The notes under the pieces: generated by a model
What the model saw: only the letters and a program-made list of their open reading frames with translations
Database searches by the model: none
Told to the model about the DNA's origin: nothing
Assembly: GCA_051047955.1 (NCBI GenBank)
Contig: JBPGPT010000002.1
Span: 1-64,000 of the forward strand
DNA length: 64,000 nucleotides
Source: Cystobasidiomycetes sp. EMM_F5
Lineage: Eukaryota
Reading direction: 5' to 3'
Program-made: the position numbers and the translations under genes
Shown: positions 50,992 through 64,000 of the stretch, in pieces
Layout of the letters: each line of letters begins with the position of its first letter
Numbering within the stretch: position 1 is the stretch's first letter

Positions 50992-51842
50992 CGTTGTATG
51001 TTGAAAGGATAGTGTGCGGGGAAATTGAATGAATTGGAGCAGGTACCAAGCCTGTTTGAATTAGATAAGGGGCTGATGCGAATGGACTGAGTCGCAGTGT
51101 GAGTGTTGAAATCTTGCGGTCTAGGCTTTTCATGGACGCCGAATTTGTTTGGGTTGAACGGTGCGCCACCGATGTCGCCCAGATAATATTGGCGACGGAT
51201 GTCCAAAGCATGCATCGATGCGGACGGGCGCAGAGGCGTCGACGAACATCACAAAAGCGATGCGTGGGGGCGTGGGTGCGCGTATGAGATGTATGCCATT
51301 GTGTCAGTATCGCATGTACTTCGCATTCAATTCAGAAGGACGCTGGCTCACGGGTCGGAGATGGCCTACGCGATAGGTGCAGGGTTTTGAGAGGAGTATA
51401 CGTCTAGTTGTGTGTATTGTCTCGTGTCGTCCAAGCTGCAGCGGATGCCAGTCCGTTCTGCGTGCTGTCGTTGTCGGATGGTGTTGGAGAAGAGCGCCTT
51501 CGCTTGAGGGCTCGAGTCGCACTCGGAGCTATGTCCCCTGCAGGAATAAACCTAGCATTGGCGTTTGACGGGGGGCCGTTGCGAATGATGGGCCAAGAAC
51601 TGTACAGAACTCCGCGATCGCATTTCTAAGGAACGCCGGCTTCATGCAAAGGGAGAAAAGTACACGCGTAAATGGGAGCAGTATTATGCAAGGAATGCGC
51701 GCATTAGACAAAGAATGTGTCGAAACGCGCAAATGAATTCCACAATAACCTTGCGCTTACTGCGTACTGTGCTCGCGCCTCTGCGACCGCTTTGGGTTAA
51801 CGCGTCGAGTCCTAATAATCTAATGCTACTTCCACTTCATTG

Positions 51843-53059
51843 TCAAATCGCAAACTTATGGACTTTGCTCTTAAGATACTCATAATCTGGCAGATTCTCT
51901 TCAACGAGATTCGAGACGGTTTCGGGCATGACTCCGCCTGCAGCTTCGGACTTTTCCTTTTTTTGAACCGTGGTCGATTCGAGCGCGTCTATATCTGATA
52001 ACGATTGAGAATTTAGCTGATGCGCTGAATGATTTCATCTTACTGTAAATACTCACGCCAATGCGACCAGCATGAGAAGAGCTCCTTCGCCTTGGCCGCG
52101 GACCGGTCATCCCAGTCCAGCATCTCCTGCCTGTACTCGATGCCTGCTTCAGCGCATAGCAGTCTCAGGACCGCTTCGGGGTGCGCGATGACATCGTCTG
52201 AGTCAATAACCGTAGGTGGCCTACTCAGATTTTGGCAGAGCAGGTCGTATAATCGCCGGCAAGTATCGATCCCCACATCGGCATTGTCAATCTCGAAACC
52301 CTCATCGCGTAGAGATATACGATATTGGGAGGTTATAGTGGCACGCAAATCACGAATGAGGAAGACATGAACAACCCTCGGGTCGCACCAATCCTTCATT
52401 CTGAATAAAGTTGGGTTCCCGTTGGCTGTATATCAGTGCAAGCTGAGACAATCAGCCTGTTGATGTTATGCACTCTCCTTCGAGACTCTAACTTGCCTTC
52501 CTCTGGCAACCGTTTGGCGGTATCTGCCAAACAATCTTTCGGTGGCAGAAAAACATTTCTTGCAAGCTACACGGAGAATGATTTCGTCAGCTCCGCCTCC
52601 CTACGCGTATGTCTTCGGCTGTTCTCACGTCTTTGACGAAGGACGTCTTCCCAGGAGGAGGATTGACAATACGCTGCCAGCATCCATCGAAGGACGCATG
52701 TGCGTACTTTTCGGCATACATTCCTGCTGCGTGTTGTGCATCGAGCCGCGTGTGAGTATGCTCTGGCCCCAAGAAGGTCGCTTGGCCCTACATATTGAGG
52801 CATGGACGGTCAAGCGAATTGCTTTCTTAATGCAGGGCTCTAGCAATCCCTGTTGTGATACGACTCACACATGGTTCATGAAAAGCCACAATACTAGGAT
52901 GCGAAATGAAGCATCGCTCCAACATCGTCGATCTCGTGCGCGGGAACGCCCAAACAATCCTTGCGTAGCAGGTGTAATGTGCGCATCAGGCACAACGCAT
53001 CCGTGCCGAATTGAAGGGCTCGAATGAACCTACAGCGCAGCTGGCTTTTCTTGCGACAT
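51843..53059 (-). CDS. Sulfotransferase-fold P-loop protein (Sulfotransfer_5-like), intact copy
   Basis: Manual splicing gives MSQEKPAAL|IVWAFPRTRSTMLERCF..FHEP..SFVKD..GNPTLF..HVFLIRD..PTVIDSDDV..PEAVLRLLC..MLDW..WH|IDALEST..VEENLPDYEYLKSK, open throughout. Confidence 0.8.
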
Positions 53060-53339
53060 CTCGCGACACAGCGACAGGGATGGACGATGGTTGAAGCGCC
53101 TTAGCGACTTGCACGCTGGGTATGCTTTGCTGGTGGCGCCCTCGAAGAGCTCGGCTAAATTGTCCGACACGAACGACGCTACGACATACGACAAACACTA
53201 CGCTACGCTGTCACGATCATATACAGACCTACCTCCTGCGCGTCAGCGAGATCAGAATCACGTTTGATTATCGTAGCGCGATCCGATTCATACTTTTCTA
53301 TCGTTCCAACGATTCTTGTACTGACGTAGCGCTGATCGT

Positions 53340-54492
53340 TTACACACGATATGCCTCGCTTTTCGGGTAGATATAATCTACCACGTTCTCCTTGATCCCT
53401 TGCTGTGCCAAGGTGGTATATCTTCCACAGGACTTTTGCTCTTCCCATCCCTCTCCCGTTTCTCTATGGGCATCGCTTGCACAGCATCCAGATCTGATCG
53501 AGGTGATTTAGGCTTAGTTTTGTGGAAGCCGAGTCAGTGATCAAGCTTGACTTACGCCAGTTGGACCAGCAGGAGAACAGGTTCCTTGCGAAGGTCTGCT
53601 GTCGGTCCCAAATTGAGCATCTAATTTTCTCTATACTCGATTTCCCCCATTTCGCATAAAAGCTGCAGAGTACGCTCCCGATGCTGAATGATATCATCTG
53701 AGTCAATGACTAGCGGTGGTTGCGGCAACTTCTCGCAGAGATAATCGTATAGTTGGCGACAGCTCTTTTATGCTAACCTCCGCCGAGTCGATATCGTATC
53801 TTTGCAGGGCGGCGATCTTATTGTGAGGGCATTGTGTCGCGAAGAACGCGCAAAAGGAATACAAACGTTATCCTCGGGTCGCATAAATCAGCTGACTTCA
53901 GCAAAGTCGGGTTGCCTTGATTCGCGGGGCGAAAAATTTGCATTGTCTGGGCTGCGGGACCTAAGTATATACGCGGCATACCTTCTTCTGGTGGACGCTT
54001 GCCATCTTGTGTGTCACATATGGAGGAGGCAGAAAAAGGTGCTTGGCTGACTGTATTGCATATCAATTAAAGCTGATCCGCCGACTCGACTCATGGACGT
54101 CGTTGATCCACGCAACGGGTTCAACGACAGCCGCGGTTACTTACATCCTTCACGAACGAAGTCATGCCAGCGGGTGGGTTGACAATGTCATGCCAGATAC
54201 CCTCAAAGGTAGGGCGGTCATATTTTTCGGTAAACTCCCCCACACAGCGCCTTTCATCAAACAGCTTATGCGTGGTTCTGGACCGTAATGCGTAGCAATA
54301 CCCTAATGATCGGCGAGGAGTTCTCCTCAGCAGGTCGCTCTTGCATTATCCTTTCAAAAGCAACGCCAGACTGAGACTGACGAAAGGCCCATGAAAGGCC
54401 ACGACGTCTGTGGGCGCCATAAAATAGCGTTCCAGCATCGTGGACCCAGTCCGCGGATATTTTATGACGAAGTTGACCGTCATGTTGAGCAT
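53340..54492 (-). pseudogene. Disrupted tandem paralog of the sulfotransferase-fold gene
   Basis: Same motifs (YPRTGSTMLER, IVNPPAGMTSFVKD, GNPTLL, PLVIDSDDII, FSCWSNW) and intron positions, but with frameshifts and in-frame stops at 53818-53820 and 53621-53623. Confidence 0.8.
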
Positions 54493-55216
54493 GTCAGAGC
54501 TTTGTAACCATATTCTGAGGCTAGTCCGGCTTACATGGCAGATGGCTTCGAAGCTGTCATATTTTTGGTCATGCAGAGGTAGGAGGTGAAGTTCAACGGC
54601 AACGGCAACGCCGATGCATGCACGCTCATCAGTGAAGTTCTTGTGGAGGTGGGTAAAAAATCGGCAAAAATTTCGCTGCGGTAAGTCAGACGCTTAGAAC
54701 AGTCGACTGGACCCAGCTGTGCAATCGAAAGTTGCCATTAGGGCTTTCATGCCATTAAGTTCTAGTCAAACTGCCACTGAGTCGACCCTCTGTTTGACCC
54801 ACATCTACTACGCCCCGTATACTGAATGAAACTGCTATGCTGTCATGCAGGTCGATACGCCAAATCATCGTATCCCGTGCCATGTTGTTTCGCTGTCAAA
54901 TTCCCTACTTGATCCTCCCACTTCGGCCAACAGCCTCGTCAAGTTTCCCCAAATCTGTAGTCACTCGGTAGAGCTTGGTCCCAGTGGTCGCATTGTGCAG
55001 AATGCTATCCTCCTCCAATTGAGCGCTCTTGTCCATACTGTCGCTTGTCAAGCCACATTATGCTCGAGCGCACGCATTTACTGTATAGAGATGGTGTAAT
55101 TGTGGGCGTAGCAATGGTGGTTGCTTGCGGATTGGGAAGCTGGGCGTTTTCATGATTGTCGACATACAATCAAGGCGCGACAGGTATAGACATAATGCGC
55201 CACTGCGCTCATTGCA

Positions 55217-58200
55217 TCAAGATTTTTGCACTACGTGCGAGTCGTTGCTTGATGTGGATGGCTCAGCTAGCCCGTCCTCTGCAGAGACGGGATTATGTGA
55301 TACAAGTAAAGTAGGCGCTTTCGGTCCAGCTTCCGTCATCGTCTGCCAACTGGGAGGGCGAGCGCCAGGCAGAGTCCACTGAGGCCAATCGCTTGCACGC
55401 CGTACTTTCATTTCACGGGTCTCGAGCATGTAGCTGAGTTGGCACATGTCCCGAACCAGGGTGACGTCGGTTGTCAGTTGCTTGATACGATTGAATGATG
55501 CGATAAGCTGTATATCAATCCACCCCTCCGAGTCCATCTGAATGGTAAGAGACCGGATTGACACGTGGAGTATTCATTAGTATTTTGCAGATCCATCGCT
55601 ACCGATTCATTACTTACCGAGCTTCGCAAGAAAGGGTCCCGCGATAAGTTATCTGGTGATAAGTAGTATTCCATCTGCCCAAGCACCCAGAAAGCGGTAC
55701 CATCAGGCGGGAACGGGAAATGGTCATAATTGAACAGCGGAGGAGGTCGAGCTATTTGGCCGGGGACATGCTGCTGCGGTGTCTGTAGATTGAGCCCTAT
55801 GTCCGGACTGCCGGCACTCGAGTACGCCTGTTGATACATGGGTGGGGTAGCCCAAGGCGCAATTTGTGTAATCTCCATCCCTGGGCCTTGTCCAAAACCT
55901 AGTAGTTGTGACTGCAACTGCGGTGAACCTGCGTGACTTGACGATGCTTGCGGCAAAGCTGAACTTTGCATTTGCGGTGTGCCATGTGGCGATCCAGTCG
56001 CGATGTTGGCCTGAAAGTGAGGACTATGCCCATGTAATTGAGGCGGACTTCGAAAGAACGGTGGCTGGCCTGGCAGCTGACCAGGCGCGCCATAGAAAGG
56101 CATGGACCCTTGCGGGGCGAGGGCCACAGGTGGCATCCCGTTGACAAAGTAGGGCTCCCCTCCAGAACTATACACATTAGCCATCCCCGGACCAGGGAAC
56201 GACGCTTGCGCATTTAGGTATCGCCCAGGTGACGGATCGTTGCGCCTGTAGTTAGGACGATCTCCAGGATTTCCACCATATCCGCCACGGCCTCGACCGC
56301 CGACTCCGCCGCCCCTCTTGCTGCCTCGTGTGCCATTCGTAAATCCGCCCATGTGACCGAAGCCATGTCCGTTACTGCCTGAATTTGGGGAACCAAAGTA
56401 GACATTATTATTGGGATGCCATTGTTGTGGAGCGGGTTGATATGTGCTGATCTGTGCATTATCTTGTTGACGTGCCATTCGCGGCTCGTTAGATACTCCT
56501 CCATCATCTGGAAGAACAACCGGAGAAGTACCGTCCAGTGCCCCTGCAGCCCCGCGTTGCGATATGGGCGACCGCGCTTGAGGGACAGGCGACCGTAGCC
56601 CGGATGTTGCATATGGGGCAGGAGACGTTCTCGGACGAAGCGGTGTGGCATTTGGATTTTGAGCAAAATTGTTCGCACCTACGGGTTTAGCCGGCAGGCT
56701 AGCATGTAAGCTGCCGCCCGGCGTTACGGATGGAGAGGGCGAGGTGCTTGGCTGTAAGAGATCATTTGGCGAGCGCTGACCACTCGATGATAGGGCTCTC
56801 ACAGCAGTCACAGGAGATACCTGTGTTGAACGGTTTACGGATGTTTTACCTTTGCGTTTCTGCTGCGAAGTCGAAGCGGTCGATGACGCATGACTGGTCT
56901 GTCTGCTCATCTGCTGAGCCGAAGTGTCGGATGGAAGGAGCTTGCTCTTGTCCTGTTCTGCAGTGTCTGCGGCGTTCGCAGCAGTCGGGGCTACTTGCTC
57001 CAGGACGATCACGTGCGACGCATCTGCCTTGTCAGATGCATGCTTGTGGTCGCCGCCATTCGCTTGAGCGAGGCCAGCTGGTGGTGACACTTGCGAGCCG
57101 TGTTCTGACAATGCGCTCACGTAAGCGAAGCACGATGAGAGGGCGCATCGTGGAATTACTCACTTTTGCCGCTAGTAAGACCAAACTCTGTCGGTGATGT
57201 CTTCTGCGAAGCCTCGGGCGAACGATTTGCGCCTTTGCCCTTCTTATCAGTCTGAACCACCTGCTCACTTGCGGTAGGTAGATCCGATTTGTCTGCAGCG
57301 GCAGCTCCTACCGCAGCATTCGATATTGACTGAGAGTGAGATCTGCCTGTGCTAGCCTTGTGCTGTGGTGTAGGATGCTGCATTTGCGTGGCAGTCGCAG
57401 TGGCTGCCTGGTCCGGCGATACGACATTGCTGCCTTTCTTGCCCTTTTTACGGCTTGTTTGAGTCTGTAAGCCTGGTGAAGAGCCCGCTACAGACGCGGT
57501 CTTATCAATGGAAGATGATGACTGGTCACTCTTTGCATTGTTCGAGGGAGTTGATGCCTTATTTTGGTTCGATTCTGCCTCTGCAGCAGCTTGGGCTGCC
57601 TTTTGAGCTGCCAACTCCTGCGCTCGTTTTGCCTGTTCTTCTTTCCTCTGTTGCCATATATTGACCTTAGGCAGAGCAGCTGGCTGTGCAGTCGAAGTCG
57701 AGGCTACTGGTACATCTTTGCTCTGGCCACTTTCGTTGTACCCTCTGTTCGCGGACGCAGCCGTAGTCGCAGTCATTGCACTGCTCGTGAATGCAGCAGA
57801 AGCCGTGGCCAGATGTAGTGCTGCTCCTGCAGCGTCCGTGGTGTTTGTATCTGAGGTCAGATCGCTCCCATTCAAGCTGGATGATCCGTTGCTACTATGG
57901 AGAGTAGTACGCGTCGAAGCACTCGTATTTCCATTGCTGTTCTCTGATTCGCCCCAGCCGCTGTCAGTGACTACAGATGCATCAGATGCCGATGTAGCCG
58001 TTGGAGTCCGAGTTTTGACATCGATGTGGGTAGAGGATACACTTGGCCGCTGCAGCCCCGACACAGACGTTCCAACAGATGGAGATGTAGGTGATTTCGA
58101 AATTTCATTTGAGGGCTTGCGAGCGGGAGTCTCGCTGCTTGCTTTGGATGTGCTGGCTAGGACCGCATTGCCCGGGCGTTGTGAAGAGGGAACAGAGTGC

Positions 58201-58370
58201 GAAAGAGAGGTAGCTGATCCTGTTGCAGATGCGGACGATGAAGTCTTTCCACCGATACGCTGTGCCCAGGTCAGTGGTTTGCCGGCAGTTGCAGCCGTAG
58301 TGGGATTATTTGAGGAGGGCGGCGACGTCGGCGAAGCGACGGCGCTTTTGGCTGGATTTAGTGCTGCCAT
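55217..58370 (-). CDS. La-motif RNA-binding protein (LARP1/Sro9/Slf1-like)
   Basis: GQMEYYLSPDNLSRDPFLRS|QMDSEGWIDIQLIASFNRIKQLT is a La motif. Also PKVNIWQQRKEE, an RGG region and a long disordered N-terminus. Confidence 0.9.
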
Positions 58371-59569
58371 TGCAGCAGAAGCCCACCCGCCAGAAATGAG
58401 CGGGAGTCGAAGATTGTACGCAATGACTTCGCGAAGATGTCAGAGTTGATTCCGATTTCGGATGGTACGCTTCGAACGGGACTGGCTGCGACCGATATTG
58501 CAATTGCCTGATGTTTCAGCCCCGTCACAAAAGTCCGTTGCTCTATTCCGTCCTGGTGTCCTCTTGGTTTGTTTCCCGTTGCCTCTGCAGGCCGTAAATC
58601 ACGGATGCTTAATGCCGAATGTTGTATCGATCCGAATGTCCAAGCACAGGCGGCGACACGGAACGTGACGGGACTCAGTACTCTGCTTCAGTCTGGTTGA
58701 AGACTGCGCTTTCTTCGCTGAAGCCGGTGAGTGTTTTGGATGTGGCTGTCGTCGCAGGGAATAGCAGCCTTTCGGTACCCACCGCAGCGAGTTGCAGCAG
58801 CGTGGGTTCTTGCACGACCACCTAGATTCGCCCAACCCTTCCCTGCGGCCTGGCCTTAGGTGTAGTTAGCAGACTCAGAAGCGGCCTGTGAGCGATGCAA
58901 GAAAAGCCAAGCTGAATACGGCCACATGCATGATGGAGACAATGTAGACGCGAATCTAGATATACAACGAGAGGATTGAGGCGACGATGCTACCGGAAAG
59001 ACACATATATGCCACTGTATGCCATACACAACACGATCTTCTTGTACAGCGTCGCGACCTCGAGAGGAGAGCGCTTGACAATACGCATGATTGCGACCAT
59101 TCTCACACCTCGATGTGGATAGCAATCAGATGCAGTAGGAGGTGCATATTGACGACGGTCGCCTCCCTATATGTTACCCTGTGTAGTATGCGTGAGACAC
59201 CTGCTATGTACAGGTGATGGGAAAGTTTAGCGAAGAGTATCAATGATGATAGAAGCCGTTTTCGGGCGAAATTAGTCTACTCCGTCTCAGAGAAAAGCAG
59301 ATATGATAATTGTCCCGCCCTTCTGAAGCACGTATCTTCGTTATGCGCAGTACAGGATACCACTTACGTCCAAACCAGTTTCCGAGACATCGTCAGTCAA
59401 CGACGTCAAGACTGGGAACGTGTGAGTTGCATGATCAGCAGTATCAAACTCTTGAACCCTGGTTAGCGTCTTCACATATCTGTCATTTACGTTTGACCGT
59501 TTACTGTCGAGTCGTGTTTTGACCACGAGCAAGCGGATCTTGCGTCCAGACCAACGCACTCTACGAACC

Positions 59570-60214
59570 ATGTCGTCCATAGCCAGCACCGAAAATATCA
59601 AAGTAGAGGCGAAGGATGAATCGAAGCCTGCGGTGTGTAGCGTTACTCAATCCCGTTTGCATGTTGTCAAAAAGCTGAACTTGGTCCCCCAGGTCCGGCT
59701 CGCCGACATGTCCGATGACTTGCAGCAGAGCGCCCAGGAAATCGTAGCAAAAGCCTTCGCAGACTACACCGTCGAAAAGGACCGCGCGCAATGCATCAAG
59801 AAGGAAATGGACAGGTGAGTGTGCGGATTTAGCTACTCGTTTGACGTGAATGTCAAAGTGGACGCGATATATCGTTGGCGAGCTGTGCAGCAAACCCCAA
59901 GCATGGCTTATTATCGGAACTTGGAGCTGATGAATACATCTTACATTCTTCTTCCATTGACTGGAACTTGACATTGTCATCTCAACACGTCCATCGCCAC
60001 TGCTGCCAAATCCTGGTGTTTGGTGATAGGCAACACGGCGCGACATGGCACTGCATCGTCGGCAAGAGCTTCGGATCCTACGTGACACACGAGTCGGGTA
60101 ACTTCATCTACCTATACCTCGACAAGATTGCTATTGTGGGCGAAAGTCAATTACAGGCAAAGTCATCAGCTCACATGCTCCATTTTTGCATAGCTGCTTT
60201 TCAAGTCCGGATAA
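59570..60214 (+). CDS. DYN2: Dynein light chain LC8
   Basis: [64 protein letters not shown]; three introns. Confidence 0.95.
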
Positions 60215-60542
60215 GATGCTCTCCCGTATCATCGAGACCATGCGGGCCCATTCTTCGCAGTCAATATACGCGTTTTGGTCCCTGATGCGTTCTTGACTGT
60301 AGACCATATTCAAGACTGCCTTTTTGTTGTTTGTTTAGGAGAAGGAAGCTAAACATTGATACACATCGAGAATTACATGCTGTTCATGCTGGGAGAGCGG
60401 ACACGCTGCACTCTGCGTGCGCGGGGCGTGAACGGAATGCTGAAGAGAACTTTCACTGACGGCACGACCGCTTCCGCACAAAGCCCGCTGCTGTTTTCAA
60501 GTTTTGATGCGTACAACAGTTCAAGTCATCCGGACCCCAATT

Positions 60543-61428
60543 CTAATCGATACGAGTTTTCAGAGGCTGTCGAGGAGGACTCGCTGAGCGACCGCGTCCA
60601 CGATCTTGTTTTGGTCTGTGCAAGTGCACGGAAAGCCAAATCAGCGGAATATTCATGACTTCCGCCAATCAATCAAGCAGCCCACGTACTTGAGTTGTGC
60701 CGTTGGCGGCCGAACGAAGCAATAGTCGCATTCGATGACTTGGTCTAATAATGTTGACCCGCTCGCTTCCCTTATCGCCTCGTCTGCCTGTGCACGCTTT
60801 TCATATTCTACGAATGCGTAGCCCTGTTGTGGAGGGGGCAGAAAAACAGGAGATATGTCAGTTTCTTTACCATGGCTGTTAAGTCCACCAATCGAAATCG
60901 GCGCACCTTCACATAACCTGTCCGCCTGTCGAGATTAAGATGCAGATTCCGTATCTCGCCATATTCAGCAAATTTATCTTGAATATCCTCCTCGGTCGCT
61001 TCCTCGTGCACGCCGGTGACAATTATGATCCACCCCTCCACAGCTAGTCAGATTCACAGACACAGAGGAGGACAGCATCAGTGACGAGAATGCGCAAGCT
61101 GCATGTAGTAGCATACATCTAGCGGCTACCACCTTCTTATTCTCCGCTGATGGCTCTGTAGTATCAGTAGGTAGACTGTCGTACGGAGCTTTATCGGTCG
61201 ATCCTAGTGAATGGGTCCCAGTGTCAGACATATGCCGCAGGCTTGAATCCACTTGAGTGGTAAACCATGGTGCCGCACCATTCTGTTCGCTAGATCCCTT
61301 GAAACCGCGGCCTTTGCGCTTGACCGCAAGATCTGCATGTTGCGAGATGACTTGCTCAGCAAGGTCTTCACACTAATCCAGCTGTTTACTCGCTCACCAG
61401 AGTCGATGTCCATCTGCTCGTCCGCCAT
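60543..61428 (-). CDS. RBM8A: Exon junction complex RRM protein Y14/RBM8A
   Basis: [52 protein letters not shown]; ends [17 protein letters not shown]. Confidence 0.95.
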
Positions 61429-61788
61429 TGTGGTGGCTTTGACAGCTGGAGCTCTGAAGGTCGGCTTTCAGATCAAGTCGGCCAGGTGCAATGCGACAAT
61501 GCGAGTGACTACAGGTAGGTCGGCTGGGCAGAATACGTCTCTCCAGGTGCAGTATACACAGGTATCCTGTTTATCGCAGACCAGTCCGAGTTTGAGCGAA
61601 GTCAATATCAGCAGGCTGTTTTCGCTTCCTGAACTGCACCAATTCCCTAAAAATTACATGGTCATCTGCGCGAAGCTGCAATGTCCATCCTACTGATGCA
61701 GTCATAGAATCGAATCTGCATGCGTACCTGCAGTTGATTGCCTTCACAAAATCGAGACCATTATCGTACAAACGCGGCATCCGTCGCA

Positions 61789-62944
61789 ATGGCATCGACG
61801 TCTCAAACCCGCTTGGAAGACTTCCTGCCAAAGTCGCAGACTGCGCCCAGGCCAAGCCTGCCTGCTGTATCGACTCTCGTTACGATGGCTGACAGCACGA
61901 CACATCCGCATTCGGAGTTATCCGTCCGGAGACAGCTACATACTCAGCGAGTCTACGTCTTGTGTGGAGTTGTGTCAGTTGTGCTCCTGAGATTCCACGT
62001 ACCCAGCTGAATGTACTTCCGCAGCGGATCCGGCAAGTCAACCCTTGCGCAGCAATGGGAAGCTATCTATCCAGATGCATACGTCCGCGTGAACCAAGAT
62101 AGTCTTGGGAATCGATTGAAGTGTGAGGCCCTTGTTCGCGAATCCCTTCTCGATGCAGGTCTCGCTTTCTATAAACCGTCTGCGTCGCAGGCTGACATTC
62201 TCATACAAATAGGGCAAATCAGCTATTATTGACCGGCAAAATTTCGACGCTTCTCAACGGTATACGTGGCTAGAGCTTGGCTACGCTTATCACGTCGAAG
62301 TCGTAGCCCTGGTGTTCCAAACCAGCGAGCATAATTGCGCAGAGCGGCTAAAGCGTCGGATAAATCATGAGACTGTCAAGACGCCTCAACAAGGCTTGCA
62401 GATCCTTGGGCAAATGCTACACTCATGGGTGGCCCCGGTCGCAGTAGAGGTTCGGCTCCACCTCTTTAAGTGAAGGTGCTGTATGCTCTAACGCCATTGC
62501 ATGAATCTGTAGGGCTTTCACCGCATGCTGGCCTTGCCGCCTGACTTGCCTTTGCGATACTCCTTGGACGACGTCAACGCGCTCTTGACACTGGTGGAGC
62601 AGAAAGCGACGCTCAACGACAACGCTGCCCTTCCTCCATCACCGCCTCGCAGCGCTTTCAACCCGCATGGCAGAGGAACATACAGGCAGCCGCGGGGGAG
62701 CTCCGGCAGAGGGTCCAGTCGAGTCTTGCAGTCTTGGCTTGGGCGTTCTGCGACAGTTCAGGCTTCGCCTCAAGGGTATACAGCAGCAGCAAGTCGAGGG
62801 CCTATTTGTGGCTCGTCACCCGAAAGGGCTCAGCCATATCGCGTCCCGAACAGGCGGTCGCCCGCTACTGCAACCTCAGGAAAATTGGATGGCTCGGAAG
62901 ACATTGCCGCTCCTGACTCGATTGAGTACATCGTCATACAATGA
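61789..62944 (+). CDS. P-loop kinase (AAA_33 / polynucleotide-kinase-like)
   Basis: Walker A VLCGVV|GSGKST split by an intron at ~61974-62024; RVNQDSLGNR..CE, IIDRQNFD..QR..W, and CAERLKRRINHET. Confidence 0.8.
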
Positions 62945-63051
62945 AATACCGACATTCATCAAAGTCAATACTGTAGCATACCGGAGACGAAAATATCATT
63001 ATCGTGCTTCGCTATTACAAGCCAAAAAAATTCCGCGAGTTTGATATCGGG

Positions 63052-64000
63052 CTAACCACGCCGGCTAGTCTGAGAAGAATGCCGTCGCTGCTTGTCGCAG
63101 AGCGGGAAGCGGTTGGCTTGGGGTGATAAATGTACAATCTGTGCCAATGCAGACTCTAGAAAAGCCTCTGTCTTCCTACTATGAGCCTGTTCCGTGTCAA
63201 GAGCCATCTCCGCTTGGTTTGCGCGATGTTCGGCATCTTTGAGCGCGATGTGGATCTGATGTGAATCATCTTGCGGGTCGTCGGAGCTGTCATGTTGTGC
63301 CTTAGTAAGAACAATATGCCCCCTGCGGGAAGCATCTTTGTCGTAGTCGTGTGTCTTCAGCGTATCGTCATCGACTCCGCCATCTTGCTGCAAAGCAGCG
63401 TGATGGTCAATGGGCGATGCCGCGTGTATAGAGTTTCGCTCATTCATTAACTGTCTTAAGTTCTCCGATACTCGCCCTATCTCGACATCTAGTGTCTTTA
63501 CAACCTGAAGCACAATACGTTAGTCGGAGTCATCTAGATTGCCGAATATACTGACTTCCTGCTCAAATGGCTGGAGCGGTCTGGGCAACTCGCGATGTCG
63601 CACTTCCAGGGAGTGCGTTGGTGCTTCCTTCAGACGCCTTCGCAGCGACAGGCCCGGAACGCCTAGGAACTGGTCCAACTGCTCATATAAGAGCTCCAGC
63701 TCGCCATCTCGCAATCGAATTTGAGCTTGATGTCTCTCTGCCTGATCCGATAACTTAGTCTGCAGAGATGTGAAAGGTCAGGCAGGAGCTTACTACTCGC
63801 TCGTATTCTCGACTGGCTGCCGTCTCGCGAGCCCGAGTTGCCTGAACCTCTTGTACAAGCTCCAGAACAACTGTCTGGGTACGTGTAATGTCCCTATTGG
63901 GGACTGACCTGGAATTAGATCCTGTGGCCTTACCTGTTGAGCGTAGCGCTTGTCATCAATACAGTCTCCGCTTTGAGGGCGTGAGCACATATTGACTTAC
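63052..64000 (-). CDS. 3' part of a coiled-coil hypothetical protein (continues beyond the window)
   Basis: Consecutive minus-strand ORFs separated by intron-like gaps, with heptad-like segments (LDVEIGRVSENLRQL; LKDAEHRANQAEMAL). True stop uncertain. Confidence 0.5.

Noticed and set aside
59243..59325. Possible box C/D snoRNA (ATGATGA ... CTGA, ~83 nt)
   Set aside because: No terminal stem and no rRNA-complementary guide that I can recognise; such short motifs occur by chance.

Overview
Compact, intron-rich fungal genomic DNA. Introns are typically about 50-70 nt, GT-AG, with CTRAY branch sites. The gene set and style suggest a basidiomycete, possibly Pucciniomycotina (inference). I can reconstruct about 24 protein-coding genes by hand: a large disordered RING-H2 protein, KIN17/RTS2, a GT-A-type glycosyltransferase-like protein, SelO/FMP40 (Cys form), TFIIF-beta, a GRGGAGN-repeat (Par32/DUF3602-like) protein, frataxin, a peroxisomal ABCD transporter, two tandem full-size ABCG transporters, PDS5, a class I methyltransferase, an EF-hand protein, MLH1, a secreted GH26-like hydrolase, a sulfotransferase-fold P-loop protein with an adjacent pseudogene copy, a La-related protein, dynein light chain LC8, Y14 and a P-loop kinase. 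No transposon, tRNA, rRNA or CRISPR array was recognised. Most interesting observations: (1) a ~3 kb gene-free, hairpin-rich gap (20756-23838) containing CCCTAACCCTA, a candidate telomerase RNA locus; (2) a small gene resembling a stand-alone cholesterol-dependent-cytolysin domain-4-like beta-sandwich; (3) a 210-bp perfectly identical non-coding block after both diverged ABCG paralogs; (4) an apparent two-promoter, two-isoform structure in the Par32-like gene. All exon structures are manual inferences with no database searches.
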